This document shows, piece by piece, positions 27,555 through 36,559 of a stretch of 60,548 bases of DNA. The position numbers were made by a program, and so were the translations under genes. The stretch is taken from NCBI GenBank assembly GCA_037446495.1, contig JBBIIL010000010.1:1-60548 (forward strand), in the 5' to 3' direction. The DNA is from Chloroflexota bacterium (GTDB lineage Bacteria; Chloroflexota; Limnocylindria; Limnocylindrales; CSP1-4). Each line of letters starts with the position of its first letter. Within the stretch, counting starts at the first letter, position 1. The notes beneath the pieces are model-generated. The model did no database searches, was not told the DNA's origin, and saw only the letters and a program-made list of their open reading frames with translations.

Positions 27555-28577
27555 CTACGCGCTGATCACCGAGTTGATGATCCCGGCGAGCCGCTCGCGA
27601 GCCGCCGGCTCCACCACCGCCAGCCCGTCGAGCTCGGCGAGGGCGGCGTCCCGGTGGCGGCGCGCCTCGGCACGGGTGAACGTGTCGGCTCCCGCCCGCT
27701 CGAGGATCGCCACGATCTCGGCGATCTCGGCGTCAGTGGGCTCGGGCGTCGCGTGGAGCTCGGCGAGGCGCTCGCGGTCAGCGGGCGTGGCGCGCTCGAA
27801 CGCGTACAGCACCGGCAGCGTCTTCTTGTGGCGCGCCACGTCCGTCGGCACCTTGCCGGTCTTCTGCTCCTCGCCCCAGATGCCCAGCAGGTCGTCGTTG
27901 ATCTGGAAGGCCAGACCGAGGCTCCAGCCGAACCGCCGGTAGTGGCCGATGACCGCCTCGTCGTCGGTGGCGAGCAGGGCGCCCGCCTCGATCGACGCCG
28001 AGATGAGCGCCGCGGTCTTGCGGCCGATCATGTCGAAGTACAGCTCGACGGTCATCGGCTCGTCCTGCGCGGACGTGGCGATGTCGATGTACTGCCCCTC
28101 GCACAGCAGCACGCACGTCTCGTCGTACAGGCGCATGAGGCGCAGGACCCTGGCGTCTGAGAAGCCGAGGTCGGTGAGCCGGTGAAGCGCCACGCGCGAG
28201 AGGCTGAAGATCAGGTCGCCGGTGTTGATCGCCTGCGGAACACCGTGGATCGCCCACAGGGTGGGGCGGTGGCGGCGCTCGACGTCGCCGTCCTCGATGT
28301 CGTCGTGGACGAGGCTGAAGTTGTGGCCCAGCTCTACGGCGGCGGCACCCGGCAGTGCGCGCGCGTGCTCGCCCGCGATCGACGTGTACGCGAGCAGGCC
28401 CAGCAGCGGGCGCATGCGCTTGCCGCGGGGACCGTCCGATCCGTCCAGCCCGAGGTGGTAGCGGATCATCTCGTAGACACCCGACGTCGGGCCCGCGCGT
28501 TCGCCGACGACGCGGAGGATCTCCGATTCCGTATCGGCGAGCATCTGCCCCAGATCGAGGTCGTTGGTCACGGTCAT
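27555..28577 (-). CDS. Polyprenyl diphosphate synthase (trans-isoprenyl, GGPP/long-chain type)
   Basis: Internal ATG at 28577 of ORF 27555..28976 gives MTVTNDLDLG. First Asp-rich motif LVHDDIEDGD and second FQINDDLLG. Confidence 0.88.
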   Translation of the reverse strand: MTVTNDLDLGQMLADTESEILRVVGERAGPTSGVYEMIRYHLGLDGSDGPRGKRMRPLLGLLAYTSIAGEHARALPGAAAVELGHNFSLVHDDIEDGDVERRHRPTLWAIHGVPQAINTGDLIFSLSRVALHRLTDLGFSDARVLRLMRLYDETCVLLCEGQYIDIATSAQDEPMTVELYFDMIGRKTAALISASIEAGALLATDDEAVIGHYRRFGWSLGLAFQINDDLLGIWGEEQKTGKVPTDVARHKKTLPVLYAFERATPADRERLAELHATPEPTDAEIAEIVAILERAGADTFTRAEARRHRDAALAELDGLAVVEPAARERLAGIINSVISA

Positions 28578-28587
28578 GGTGGGGTGC

Positions 28588-28593
28588 AGTGTA
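28588..28593 (-). promoter_or_regulatory. Putative -10 box TACACT, 10 nt upstream of the polyprenyl synthase ATG
   Basis: Minus-strand TACACT (plus-strand AGTGTA at 28588-28593). It sits in a locally lower-GC patch. Confidence 0.35.
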
Positions 28594-29019
28594 CCCAAAG
28601 TGCCGCTAAACGTGTTCGCCAAAAGTAGCCTGTTGGCGAGGATCTGAAGAATGGTTGCCGCGGAGGAGCTGACGGGCGGCCCGGGGACGCTCAGCCATCC
28701 TGCGGCTGTATGGTGCGCCGCTGGCACACCCCAGCCCTGAGGCGGCTCATTCGTGCCGCTGGGGGCCTGCTGCTCGGCTGTCAACGCACAACCGGGCCTG
28801 ATGGTGGTTGGCGCATGCTGTCGGCGCACCGTGCAGCCGCGGCACGGCTGGCGTAGCCGGCAGGCGGCCGTTCGTCGGCGCCAAGCGCGGGCATCGCCTC
28901 CCGGCGCGGCTTGCGTGCCCCATGTGCGAGGCTGATCCGCTTCACGCCCGGCCGACCGCCGAGCTAGGGCGCGCACGCGGCCATGGGTTGCGCCGCACTG
29001 CCACCGCGCTGGGCGGGAG

Positions 29020-29028
29020 TGCTACCGT
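29020..29028 (+). promoter_or_regulatory. Putative extended -10 TGCTACCGT, 6 nt upstream of the recO GTG (leaderless candidate)
   Basis: TG at 29020-29021, TACCGT at 29023-29028, then CGGCTC, then GTG at 29035. No Shine-Dalgarno sequence is present. Confidence 0.4.
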
Positions 29029-29034
29029 CGGCTC

Positions 29035-29865
29035 GTGCCCGTCCCGCGACGATACGTCACCGATGCCATCGTCCTCTCCCGGTTCGACCTGGGCGAGGCA
29101 GACCGCGTTTTGACGCTGATCACCCCCGAGCACGGCAAGCTCAAGGCCATCGCCAAGGGGATCCGCCGGCCGTCCTCGCGCCTTGGCGGGAGCCTCGAGC
29201 CCTTCGCCGAGCTCAACGTCGCCCTGGCCCGCGGCCGCACCTTCGACGTGGTGACCGAGGTTCGAGTCGGCCACGCCTGGCTCCGCCTGCGGGACTCACT
29301 CGAGAGCGCGGCCACCGCCTGGTACCTCGCCGAGCTCGCTGACCGCAGCTTGGAGGAGCGACACGCCGCCGAGCCGCAGTACGCCCTGCTGCACCGAGCC
29401 TACGAGCTGCTCGACGCCGGCATGGACCCGGGCCGCGTTGCCCGCTGGTACGAAATGCACCTCGCCGACGAGCTGGGCCAGCGCCCCGAGGTGGACCGCT
29501 GCGTGGAGTGCGACCGCATGCTCGAGGCGAGCGAGCAGTTCCGCTGGGTTCCGCCGCTCGGTGGCGTTCTGTGCGGGCGCTGCCCGGGCCCGGCCGCAGC
29601 GCACACGGGGCTGAGCCTCGACGCGCTCAAGGTCCTCAAGGCCTATCAGCGGCTGGACATCGAGGCCATCGCCGGGCTCCGTCTCCCCGACGCCACCGAG
29701 CGCGAGGTGGAGGCCGCGATGCGCGAGTTCATGCGGATCGCCCTCGAGCGCGACCCACGCTCGCTCGCCTTCCTCGACGAGGTCCGTGCCCACCCTGCGC
29801 CGGGGGACACTCCCGCCGCACCGCCCATCGTGACGCCGCCCGCACAGCAGAGGGGTCTCGCATGA
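29035..29865 (+). CDS. recO: DNA repair protein RecO
   Basis: OB-fold N-terminus VLSRFDLGEADRVLTLITPEHGKLKAIAKG and a Cys4 zinc motif CVECD...CGRC. Confidence 0.9.
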   Translation: MPVPRRYVTDAIVLSRFDLGEADRVLTLITPEHGKLKAIAKGIRRPSSRLGGSLEPFAELNVALARGRTFDVVTEVRVGHAWLRLRDSLESAATAWYLAELADRSLEERHAAEPQYALLHRAYELLDAGMDPGRVARWYEMHLADELGQRPEVDRCVECDRMLEASEQFRWVPPLGGVLCGRCPGPAAAHTGLSLDALKVLKAYQRLDIEAIAGLRLPDATEREVEAAMREFMRIALERDPRSLAFLDEVRAHPAPGDTPAAPPIVTPPAQQRGLA

Positions 29866-30284
29866 TCTTCGACACCGGCAGCGAAAGGGACCAGCGAGCG
29901 CTGGAGCGGCTCGCGACGGACCGTGTCGCGTGGCTCACCAGCGTCACGCCGAACGGACAGCCGCAGACCCTGCCGATCTGGTTCCTGTGGGCCGACGGCA
30001 GCCTCCTCGTCTACGGCGACAACCGAGCCCAGCGCAACCGGAACCTGGCCGCCAACCCGAAGGTGTCGTTTCATCTGTCCGACGACGGGACGGGCAGCGA
30101 CATCGTGTTCATCGAGGGCGAGGCGGCCGTGGACCCGAGCGTCGGGCCGATCGAGCAGCACGCGGCCTACCTGGCCAAGTACGCCGACTGGATCGCGTCG
30201 TCGTTCCCGGACGCCGAGCGATTTGCCGAGCGGTACAGCGTGCCGATCGTGATCCGGCCCACCCGCGGCCGGTCGCCGTACTGA
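29862..30284 (+). CDS. PPOX-class (pyridoxamine 5'-phosphate oxidase-like, probably F420/FMN-dependent) protein
   Basis: ATGA overlap with recO. LTSVTPNGQPQTLPIWFLWADGSLLVY and NLAANPKVSFHL are typical split-barrel strings. Confidence 0.75.
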   Translation: MIFDTGSERDQRALERLATDRVAWLTSVTPNGQPQTLPIWFLWADGSLLVYGDNRAQRNRNLAANPKVSFHLSDDGTGSDIVFIEGEAAVDPSVGPIEQHAAYLAKYADWIASSFPDAERFAERYSVPIVIRPTRGRSPY

Positions 30285-30289
30285 CGGCC

Positions 30290-31474
30290 GTGAACACCCG
30301 CCGCTCCCTCGCCCTGGCCACCGGCGCCGCCGTGGTGGGGGCCGCCGCCGTGGCAAGACCCGTCCTGGACCGGGTCGCCGCCCGGGCCGAGGCGGCCATG
30401 AACCCCGTCACGCCGGGGCCGTGGCCGGCTCCCTCCCAACAGGCGCTTGCCCTGCACGCCACCCTGCGCATCGCCGACCTGCACGCGGATTCGCTGCTCT
30501 TCGGGCGCGACCTCGTCCGCCGCTCCGCGCGCGGGCACGTGGACATTCCGCGGATGCAGGCCGGCAACATGGCGCTCCAGGTCTTCTCGATGCCGACCAA
30601 GACCCCCAGGCGCATGAACTACGACCACAACACAGGCGACACGGACGACATCCTCACGCTCGCGCTGGCGAAGCGCTGGCCGCCGGCGACGTGGCGCAGC
30701 CTGACCGCACGCGTCCTCCACCTCGCGGCCGCCGCACAGCGGTTCGAGGCGCGCTCCGGGGGAGACTTCCGGTTGATCCGCACACGAGGCGACCTCGTCG
30801 CGTTCCTCGCGGAGCGCGCGGAGAACCCCACGATCACGTCGGGCATGCTGTCCATCGAGGGCGCGCACGCGCTGGACGACGACCCGGCGAACGTGGACGT
30901 CGTGTTCGACGCCGGCGTCCGGATGATCGCGCCGTCGCACTTCTTCGACACGGCCTTCGGCGGCTCCGCCCACGGCGTGGAGCAGGGCGGCCTGACGGCG
31001 AAGGGCCGCGCGATGGTCCAGCGCATGGAGGCCAAGGGGATCATCCTCGACCTTGCCCATGCGTCGGAGGCGACCATCGACGACGCGCTCGCGATGGCAA
31101 CCCGGCCCGTCGTCGTCTCCCACACGGGCGTCAAGGGCGTCTGCGACAACAGCCGCAACCTCCGTGACGAGCATCTCCGTGGCGTTGCCGCGACCGAGGG
31201 CGTGGTGGGGATCGGGTTCTGGGACGTCGCCTCGGGCGGCAAGGAGCCCGAGTGGATCGCCCGCAGCATCGCCTACGCCGTCGAACTGGTCGGGGCCGAG
31301 CACGTTGCGCTGGGCTCGGACTGGGACGGCGCCGTGGAGGTGCCGTTCGACGCCGCCAACCTGGTGCTCCTCACCGAGCAGCTGCTGCGCGTGGGCCTGG
31401 ACGAGGCGCAGACCCGTCTGGTCATGGGGGAGAACGCGCTGCGGGTGCTCGGGGCGGTGCTCCCAGCGGCTTGA
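30290..31474 (+). CDS. Membrane dipeptidase (peptidase M19 family)
   Basis: Internal GTG at 30290 of ORF 29930..31474; the start is uncertain. Motifs DLHADSLL, VVSHTG and ALGSDWDG. The N-terminus resembles a signal or anchor sequence. Confidence 0.85.
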   Translation: MNTRRSLALATGAAVVGAAAVARPVLDRVAARAEAAMNPVTPGPWPAPSQQALALHATLRIADLHADSLLFGRDLVRRSARGHVDIPRMQAGNMALQVFSMPTKTPRRMNYDHNTGDTDDILTLALAKRWPPATWRSLTARVLHLAAAAQRFEARSGGDFRLIRTRGDLVAFLAERAENPTITSGMLSIEGAHALDDDPANVDVVFDAGVRMIAPSHFFDTAFGGSAHGVEQGGLTAKGRAMVQRMEAKGIILDLAHASEATIDDALAMATRPVVVSHTGVKGVCDNSRNLRDEHLRGVAATEGVVGIGFWDVASGGKEPEWIARSIAYAVELVGAEHVALGSDWDGAVEVPFDAANLVLLTEQLLRVGLDEAQTRLVMGENALRVLGAVLPAA

Positions 31475-31501
31475 ACGGCACGGGCGCGGGTCGGCTACAG
31501 T
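31471..31501 (+). promoter_or_regulatory. Putative promoter of ptsH (leaderless candidate)
   Basis: TTGAAC at 31471-31476, a 19-nt spacer, TACAGT at 31496-31501, then CGCGCC, then ATG at 31508. Confidence 0.45.
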
Positions 31502-31507
31502 CGCGCC

Positions 31508-31792
31508 ATGCGCACGACCGACAAGACCATCCTCAACCCGAGCGGCATCCACGCCCGTCCCGCCGCCACGTTCGTCAAGCTCGCGGCGACGTTCGCATCC
31601 GCCATCACGGTGGAGGACACGACGGCCGGCAAGTCCGCCATCAATGCGAAGTCGATCCTGTCCGTGATGGGCTCGGGGATCAGGCAGGGCCACATCGTGC
31701 GGATCGCCGCCGAGGGTGCGGACGAGGACGCCGCCATCGATGCGCTTGAGGCCGCGATCGACGCCGGGCTGGGCGAGGCGATCCCGGACTGA
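31508..31792 (+). CDS. ptsH: Phosphocarrier protein HPr
   Basis: Active-site GIHARPA (His15 equivalent) and the AKSILSVMG region. Length is 94 aa. Confidence 0.92.
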   Translation: MRTTDKTILNPSGIHARPAATFVKLAATFASAITVEDTTAGKSAINAKSILSVMGSGIRQGHIVRIAAEGADEDAAIDALEAAIDAGLGEAIPD

Positions 31793-31908
31793 CGCGCTGC
31801 CCCGCGCCGCCAGCCCGGCCCCCGCGATTGGGCATCGTGTCGGGTCGGCGGGTCTGTCGAGGAGCTGGGCCCCGCTTCGCTGCGGCCCCGACGCCTCGTC
31901 CATCAGCC

Positions 31909-32532
31909 CTAGGGTCGAGGCGCCCCGATCTTGCGCTCCTGCCCGCGCAGCAAGCGGCCGATGTTGTCCCAGTGGAACAGCCATACCAGCGCTGGCGCCC
32001 CGATGCCGTAGACGGCGAGGAAGGGGTCGAGCGGCACGATGACGATCATCACGACCAGCAGGAGGCCGCCGAACGCGGACCCGGCGAGCGACCCCAGCGA
32101 CGAGTAGCGAGTCAGCGCGATCACGCCCACGAACACTGGCAGGATCGCGAGCGCGGCGAGGGGCGCGAAGGCGAGCAGCCCGCCGAAGGCCGTTGCGACG
32201 CCCCGCCCGCCCCCGAAGCCGAGGAACGGAGATCGGCTGTGGCCGACGATCGCCGCAAGGCCCGCCAGCACCTCGACCTCCACACCGGCCCCCAGCGCCC
32301 GCGCCAGGAGGACGGCCGCCGTCCCCTTGAACATGTCCAGGAGCCCCGAGAGGAGGGCGAGCCTCGGCCCGAGGGCACGCATCGTGTTGGCGCCACCCGT
32401 CCGGCCGCTGCCCGTCGAGCGCGGGTCCGTGCCGCCCGTGACCCTGGCCACGATGACGCCCCACGGGATGCCGCCGATGAGGTAGCCCGCGACGACCAGC
32501 AGGACGGCGCGAAGGATCGGCAAGAGTTGCAC
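31909..32532 (-). CDS. plsY: Glycerol-3-phosphate acyltransferase PlsY
   Basis: Motifs GYLIGGIPWG, GSGRTGGANT and FKG. It is a multi-pass membrane protein of 207 aa. Confidence 0.9.
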   Translation of the reverse strand: MQLLPILRAVLLVVAGYLIGGIPWGVIVARVTGGTDPRSTGSGRTGGANTMRALGPRLALLSGLLDMFKGTAAVLLARALGAGVEVEVLAGLAAIVGHSRSPFLGFGGGRGVATAFGGLLAFAPLAALAILPVFVGVIALTRYSSLGSLAGSAFGGLLLVVMIVIVPLDPFLAVYGIGAPALVWLFHWDNIGRLLRGQERKIGAPRP

Positions 32533-32562
32533 GGTGGGGGAGTATAGGCCCAGGCCACCGGG

Positions 32563-33648
32563 CTAGGGTGCCGCCTCCCGCTCTGCGATCGCCGCTGCCA
32601 GCCGGTCGGGGCGGCCCGCGAACCACGCCGCGCGGCCGGCGTCCGCCGCGCACTCGTCCACGAGCACCGCGAGGCGCGCGTTCACCGGCGCCGAAACCCC
32701 GACGCGCGTCCCGGCCGCCGCCACGGCGCCATTCAGCCAGCGAGCCTCCGTCGGCCCCAGGGCGGGCGCGATCCCGGAGCCCGTCCCGCCGCCCCGGACG
32801 TGGAGCCTGAGCGAAGGCCGCTTGCCGCCGCGCGCCCCGGCCACGGCCCGTGCGACGATGGGGCGGCCGATGGCCTCGGGCAGGGCGAGGCCGGCCAGCA
32901 GCGCCGTGACGTGGGCGCCGGGCAGCGCAACCGGGTGCAGGCCCGTCGCCCGCAGGACGGCCACCAGTTCCCGGATCTGCCGCCGCTCCACGTGGAAGCC
33001 GGCACGATCCGCGTAGACGGCCCCGGGGTCCATGTCCAGGATCGCGCTGGTCGCATTGCCCACGAGGTTGGCCAGCAGCTTGGACCACTTCATCTCGGCC
33101 GCGTTCGCGTACTCCCGCCCGGGCAGCCCGGCGGCCGTCCAGTCGGCGGCCAACCGCTTCGCCAGCAGGCCGGCCCGGGCCTCGCCCACGCCCGGGAAGG
33201 CGGCGACGCACATCCCGCCGGTGCGCAGCCGCCGAACGCCGCCCGGGACGGGCTCCAGGGCCGTCGTGAGCGAGCCGGCCAGGATGGGTGACGTTCGGGC
33301 CGCCCGTGCCGCCTCCTCGGCGCCTGCGCCGTTCTGGACGGTCAGGAGGGCCGCTGTGGGCCAGCGGCCGGCCGTCGCGAGGGCGTCGTCGAGATCGAAC
33401 ATCTTGACCGCGACCAGCACGAGGTCCGGGTCGCCCGCCCGCTCCGGGTCCACGACGCGCCGCACGGGGACGCTCCGGCGGCCGGCCGGCTCCTCGATCA
33501 CGAGGCGGGTCGCCTCAGCGTCCTCTGGGATGCGCCTACCCAGGAGCACCACCTCGTGGCCGGCGGCCGCCAGTGTGCCACCCAGGAATGAGCCCACGGC
33601 ACCCGCGCCCACGACGACGACGCGCAGCGGGTCCGTCTGCTCGGGCAC
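32563..33648 (-). CDS. Ketopantoate reductase (ApbA/PanE) family oxidoreductase
   Basis: Rossmann motif VVVVGAGAVGSFLGGTLAAAGHEVVLLGR plus VKMFDL and VQNGAG strings. GTG start with GGAGGA upstream. Confidence 0.65.
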   Translation of the reverse strand: MPEQTDPLRVVVVGAGAVGSFLGGTLAAAGHEVVLLGRRIPEDAEATRLVIEEPAGRRSVPVRRVVDPERAGDPDLVLVAVKMFDLDDALATAGRWPTAALLTVQNGAGAEEAARAARTSPILAGSLTTALEPVPGGVRRLRTGGMCVAAFPGVGEARAGLLAKRLAADWTAAGLPGREYANAAEMKWSKLLANLVGNATSAILDMDPGAVYADRAGFHVERRQIRELVAVLRATGLHPVALPGAHVTALLAGLALPEAIGRPIVARAVAGARGGKRPSLRLHVRGGGTGSGIAPALGPTEARWLNGAVAAAGTRVGVSAPVNARLAVLVDECAADAGRAAWFAGRPDRLAAAIAEREAAP

Positions 33649-33887
33649 GGGCTCCTCCAGCGGGCGCGCCGATCACCCGGGGGCGGTGATCGGCGCCGTC
33701 AGCCACAGACCATACCCGACGGCGGTGACCCCCACGATGGCCCGCCCGCGCGTGATCAGGTGCTCCGCCCGCGCGGCGAACCCGGAGGCGCGCAGCACCA
33801 CCCGCGGGCGCGGCGATGCTTGCCACGTACCGATGGCCGGGGATGCCCTTCCCGAGCGCGACGATGACCGGGTCGAGAGCACCGCCC

Positions 33888-35225
33888 TCAGACTGCGGTT
33901 CTGGCCCCCTTCGCCTTGTCTGCGGCGCGGTATGCCTCGGCCAGGATCTCGATCGGGTGCTTCGTCCGGACGCCGGTCGCCGTCTCGATCTGCCAGCGGC
34001 AGGTCTCCGAATCGCAGGCCGCCACCGAGGCGCCCGAGCCCCTGACCTTCCGGAACAGGGGCTCGCCGACCTTCATAGCGATCGGGTACTTCTCCTTCTT
34101 CATCCCGTACGTGCCCGCGATGCCGCAGCAGTCGTGGTCCATGTCCTTCGCCCGGAGGCCGGGGACGAGGGCGAACAGGTCGAGGGCCGGGAGCCCGATC
34201 CCGTGGCTCCGGAGCTGGCACGGGGCGTGGTAGGGGAGGTCCTCGTCGAGCCGGCCGAAGTTGGTGTCCAGGCGCCCCTGCTCGTGGAGGTCCAGCAGGA
34301 ACTCGCAGATGTCCCACGTTGCGTGCGCCACGGCGGCCGTGTCGTCGTCACGCATGTCGAGCATCTCCGCGTACTCGGCCTTGAGCGTGTGGGTGCAGGA
34401 CGTCGAGGTGCCGATGATCCGATAGCCGGCCCGCGCGTACTCGGCGAAGACCGTGCCGTTCTTGCACGCGCGCTCGCGGGCGTCGTCGTAGAGACCGTTG
34501 CTGATCAGCGGCAGGCCGCAGCAGACCTGCTCGGGGACGATCGTCTCGAAGCCGTTCCGCTTGAGCACCCAGATCGCTGCCTCGGCGACGTGCGGCTCGT
34601 AGTAGTTCGCCGCGCAGCCGTGGAAGTAGACGACGGCCTTGTCGGGGCCCGGACGCGTCTTCGTCGTGCCGCCGTCGGGCCGCCGGGATTGGCGCCGCTT
34701 CCAGGTCGACTGGAACGTCCGCTTGGAGAACTGCGGGAACGGAGCCTTGCGGTGGACGCCGAGCACCAGCTCGAACCCCGCCCGCACGACACGGTTGTGG
34801 AAGGCGAAGTTGGCGATCGGCGAGAACAGGACGCCCATCGTGCCGACCAGGTCTGTCTGGGCGAGGCCCCAGTCGCGCAGCTTGGGGATCCTGCCCTCCC
34901 GCAGCCGGCCACGGGCCTGGCTGTTCATCTCGGCGATCTTCACGCCGGCCGGGCACACAGTCGTGCACCAGCCGCAGCCGGAGCAGTAGTCCACGGAGTG
35001 GTCCGGGGACTTGGGGTTGACCGAGAAGGGCCCCTGGATCTGCTGCAGGCCCGCGAGCCGGAATCGCTGGGCCTGCGGCCCGGAGTACTTGGGCCCGGCG
35101 AACAGGTCGGTCACCCGCAGCACCGGGCACACGGTGTTGCAGACGTTGCACTTGAGGCACTCGTCGGAGGACGCGGAGACTGGCCGCTCCTCGGCCGCCT
35201 CGCGGACGATGTCGGCGATGCTCAC
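33888..35225 (-). CDS. glpC: Anaerobic glycerol-3-phosphate dehydrogenase subunit C
   Basis: Internal GTG at 35225 of ORF 33888..35504 overlaps the glpB stop (GTGA). Two ferredoxin motifs (CLKCNVCNTVCP, CSGCGWCTTVCP) and two CCG motifs. Confidence 0.88.
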   Translation of the reverse strand: MSIADIVREAAEERPVSASSDECLKCNVCNTVCPVLRVTDLFAGPKYSGPQAQRFRLAGLQQIQGPFSVNPKSPDHSVDYCSGCGWCTTVCPAGVKIAEMNSQARGRLREGRIPKLRDWGLAQTDLVGTMGVLFSPIANFAFHNRVVRAGFELVLGVHRKAPFPQFSKRTFQSTWKRRQSRRPDGGTTKTRPGPDKAVVYFHGCAANYYEPHVAEAAIWVLKRNGFETIVPEQVCCGLPLISNGLYDDARERACKNGTVFAEYARAGYRIIGTSTSCTHTLKAEYAEMLDMRDDDTAAVAHATWDICEFLLDLHEQGRLDTNFGRLDEDLPYHAPCQLRSHGIGLPALDLFALVPGLRAKDMDHDCCGIAGTYGMKKEKYPIAMKVGEPLFRKVRGSGASVAACDSETCRWQIETATGVRTKHPIEILAEAYRAADKAKGARTAV

Positions 35226-36559
35226 GGGTCCATCCTCACAGCATGCGGCTCGCGGCCGATCGGCATCTTGGTCGCCTGGGTGGCCAGCTCGTTGGCGGCG
35301 CGCCAGCCGCTGGCGACGGCGATCCCGTCGCCGCACCGCTCGCGCAGGGACCTCTGGCCGGCCAGCAGGGCCCCGGCGACGACGACGTTGGCCAGGGCCG
35401 CCGGGCGGCCGTCGTGGGGGAGGGGCCTGAGCCCTGCGTCCGTCGCGACACCGGCGGCCTCGATCGGGTGGCCAGACGGGTCGAGCGCGTCGGCCGCCAG
35501 CCACGCCTCGTGCTCCGGGGCGTCCACGTGGAGGTTGAGCAGCGGCTCGACGATCCGCCCGTCACCGGTGGCCACCAGCCCGCCGCCGGCAATGCCGCCG
35601 GTCGCGAGGACCAGCGCGTCGGTGCGTATCAGCTGGGTGCGGGTCGCGGCCTCCATCTCGACGGCAGTCACGCGGCCTGCCTCGAGGTGGATCCGGTGGA
35701 CGGCCTCGCCGATCTGGACGCGCCCGCCCGCGGCGCGGATGCGCTCGCGCAGGACGCGCCACAGGCGCACGCCCGGGATGCTGGGCGGCACGAGCGGGAC
35801 CTCGAACGGCTCCAGCGGGAGCCGGGCGCACAGCTCGGCCCACACCTCGGCGTGCTGCGCGAGGCCGAAGACGGCCGGGACGGCGACGCGCCCGGGCCGC
35901 CCGCCGGCGGCCTGCTTCACCGCGGCGGCGAACCGCCGAATATCGTCGGCGCGCAGCGCCGGGTCGTCGAGGCGGTTCGCCAGGTGCACGGCGTTGAGGT
36001 TGTTGCGGACACTGATGCCGGCGAGCTCCACCGCGACCCCGGCCACGTGGCGCGGGCGGTCCGAGCCCTGCCAGACCGCCTCGCGGCCCAGGCTGTCGGC
36101 GATCGCCGCTGGCCAGAAGTCCTTGAAGCCCGCAGGGCCCGCCACGACGAGCAGCTCGTCCGGGTCCCAGGGCCGTTGTGCCGCGGCCTGCGCGGCGGGG
36201 ACGATCGCGACGCGGCGGGTCCCGCCGATGGCGGTGGGCACGCGCCGGATCGGCGTGTCGAGGTTCCCGGCGTAGGGGAGCCCGCCGGCCTCGAGGCGCT
36301 CCAGGAGCCACGCCATCGACGGCGCCACGTCCGGGGCGAGGAAGCTGTAGGGGTGATCCTCCCTCGCCAGGCGCGCGACGCCTTCGGCCGGGGTCCCGGA
36401 CCCCACGGGGGCGGCGACATCCATGCCGCCGGCTCCCCAGTGTGTGCTGGCGTGGCCCTTGGCCACCAGCGTGACGGCCGCGCCGCTCTCGGCGAGGCGC
36501 GCGGCGGCAACCAGGCCCGCGAGGCCGGCGCCGATGACGACGACGTCAGCGTGCGGCAT
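35222..36559 (-). CDS. glpB: Anaerobic glycerol-3-phosphate dehydrogenase subunit B
   Basis: Internal ATG at 36559 of ORF 35222..36634 gives MPHADVVVIGAGLAGL. It overlaps the glpA end by 14 nt and sits between glpA and glpC. Confidence 0.85.
   Translation of the reverse strand: MPHADVVVIGAGLAGLVAAARLAESGAAVTLVAKGHASTHWGAGGMDVAAPVGSGTPAEGVARLAREDHPYSFLAPDVAPSMAWLLERLEAGGLPYAGNLDTPIRRVPTAIGGTRRVAIVPAAQAAAQRPWDPDELLVVAGPAGFKDFWPAAIADSLGREAVWQGSDRPRHVAGVAVELAGISVRNNLNAVHLANRLDDPALRADDIRRFAAAVKQAAGGRPGRVAVPAVFGLAQHAEVWAELCARLPLEPFEVPLVPPSIPGVRLWRVLRERIRAAGGRVQIGEAVHRIHLEAGRVTAVEMEAATRTQLIRTDALVLATGGIAGGGLVATGDGRIVEPLLNLHVDAPEHEAWLAADALDPSGHPIEAAGVATDAGLRPLPHDGRPAALANVVVAGALLAGQRSLRERCGDGIAVASGWRAANELATQATKMPIGREPHAVRMDP

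Noticed and set aside
27269-27565. 98-aa ORF (and overlapping ORFs 27183..27446, 27244..27942, 27312..28160) across the repeat spacer.
   Set aside because: The peptides are Arg/Gly/Pro-rich and simply mirror the DNA repeat. They overlap the antisense of the polyprenyl synthase gene. There is no start context.
30167-33211. 1014-aa minus-strand ORF spanning the dipeptidase, ptsH, plsY and panE-like regions.
   Set aside because: It crosses several real genes on both strands and an intergenic promoter. The composition is low-complexity Arg/Gly/Pro. It is an artefact.
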